From contig JBJOKS010000045.1 of assembly GCA_046045965.1 (NCBI GenBank), positions 1 to 24,930 on the forward strand: 24,930 nucleotides of DNA, in the 5' to 3' direction. Under the pieces are notes generated by a model. The model had not been told where the DNA came from. It was given only the letters and a program-made list of their open reading frames with translations, and made no database searches. The position numbers were made by a program, and so were the translations under genes. Positions 24,804 through 24,930 of the stretch are shown here, piece by piece. The stretch comes from Cyanobacteriota bacterium. GTDB lineage: Bacteria; Cyanobacteriota; Cyanobacteriia; Cyanobacteriales; Nostocaceae. Positions within the stretch are counted from its first letter, which is position 1. The number at the start of each line of letters is the position of its first letter.

Positions 24804-24930
24804 TCAGTAAACCAAAAAGTTTTTCTCCGAAGAGCGATCGCTAAGTATTATGGAGTGTGTAGTAATTTAAAGCACAAGAGTAGACGACAGTATATATAAA
24901 AAATACTTATTATTCTACTAAATAACAAAA

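Noticed and set aside
1..24930. tRNA/rRNA genes, reverse transcriptase or CAST (Tn7-like) genes
   Set aside because: No recognisable signatures found by eye; a tRNAscan/Infernal run would be needed to exclude small RNAs

Overview
AT-rich window that looks cyanobacterial (Nostocales-like: many HIP1 GCGATCGC octamers, heptamer STRRs, tiny dispersed repeats). The left part is a CRISPR-Cas locus. It has a 41-repeat/40-spacer array (37-nt repeat, transcribed on the minus strand from a leader at ~4906-5100) that runs directly into a cas6 gene with an unusual C-terminal helix-turn-helix extension. A divergent type III-C-like operon (cmr1, cmr6-like RAMP, csx11/cas10) is cut off inside csx11 by a MITE-like insertion, and no cas1/cas2/cmr3/cmr4/cmr5 is present in the window. 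The middle part holds an AlkA-type glycosylase, a proline iminopeptidase-like gene broken by a 24-nt double-hairpin insertion in a HIP1 site, a BASS transporter, a DUF202 gene and an arylsulfatase. Between DUF202 and the sulfatase is a 1.55-kb five-gene toxin cassette bounded by 52-bp direct repeats of the DUF202 3' end. It encodes a stand-alone pyocin-S3-like DNase domain, a winged-helix partner, a 54-aa protein missed by the ORF track and an AbrB/VapC pair. The right part holds hicBA, an HNH-like hypothetical protein, an addiction-module remnant, a SNF2 helicase + SWIM Zn-finger pair, and fragments of a tyrosine recombinase and a PQQ sugar dehydrogenase. Family assignments come from recognising motifs by eye; no database searches were run.
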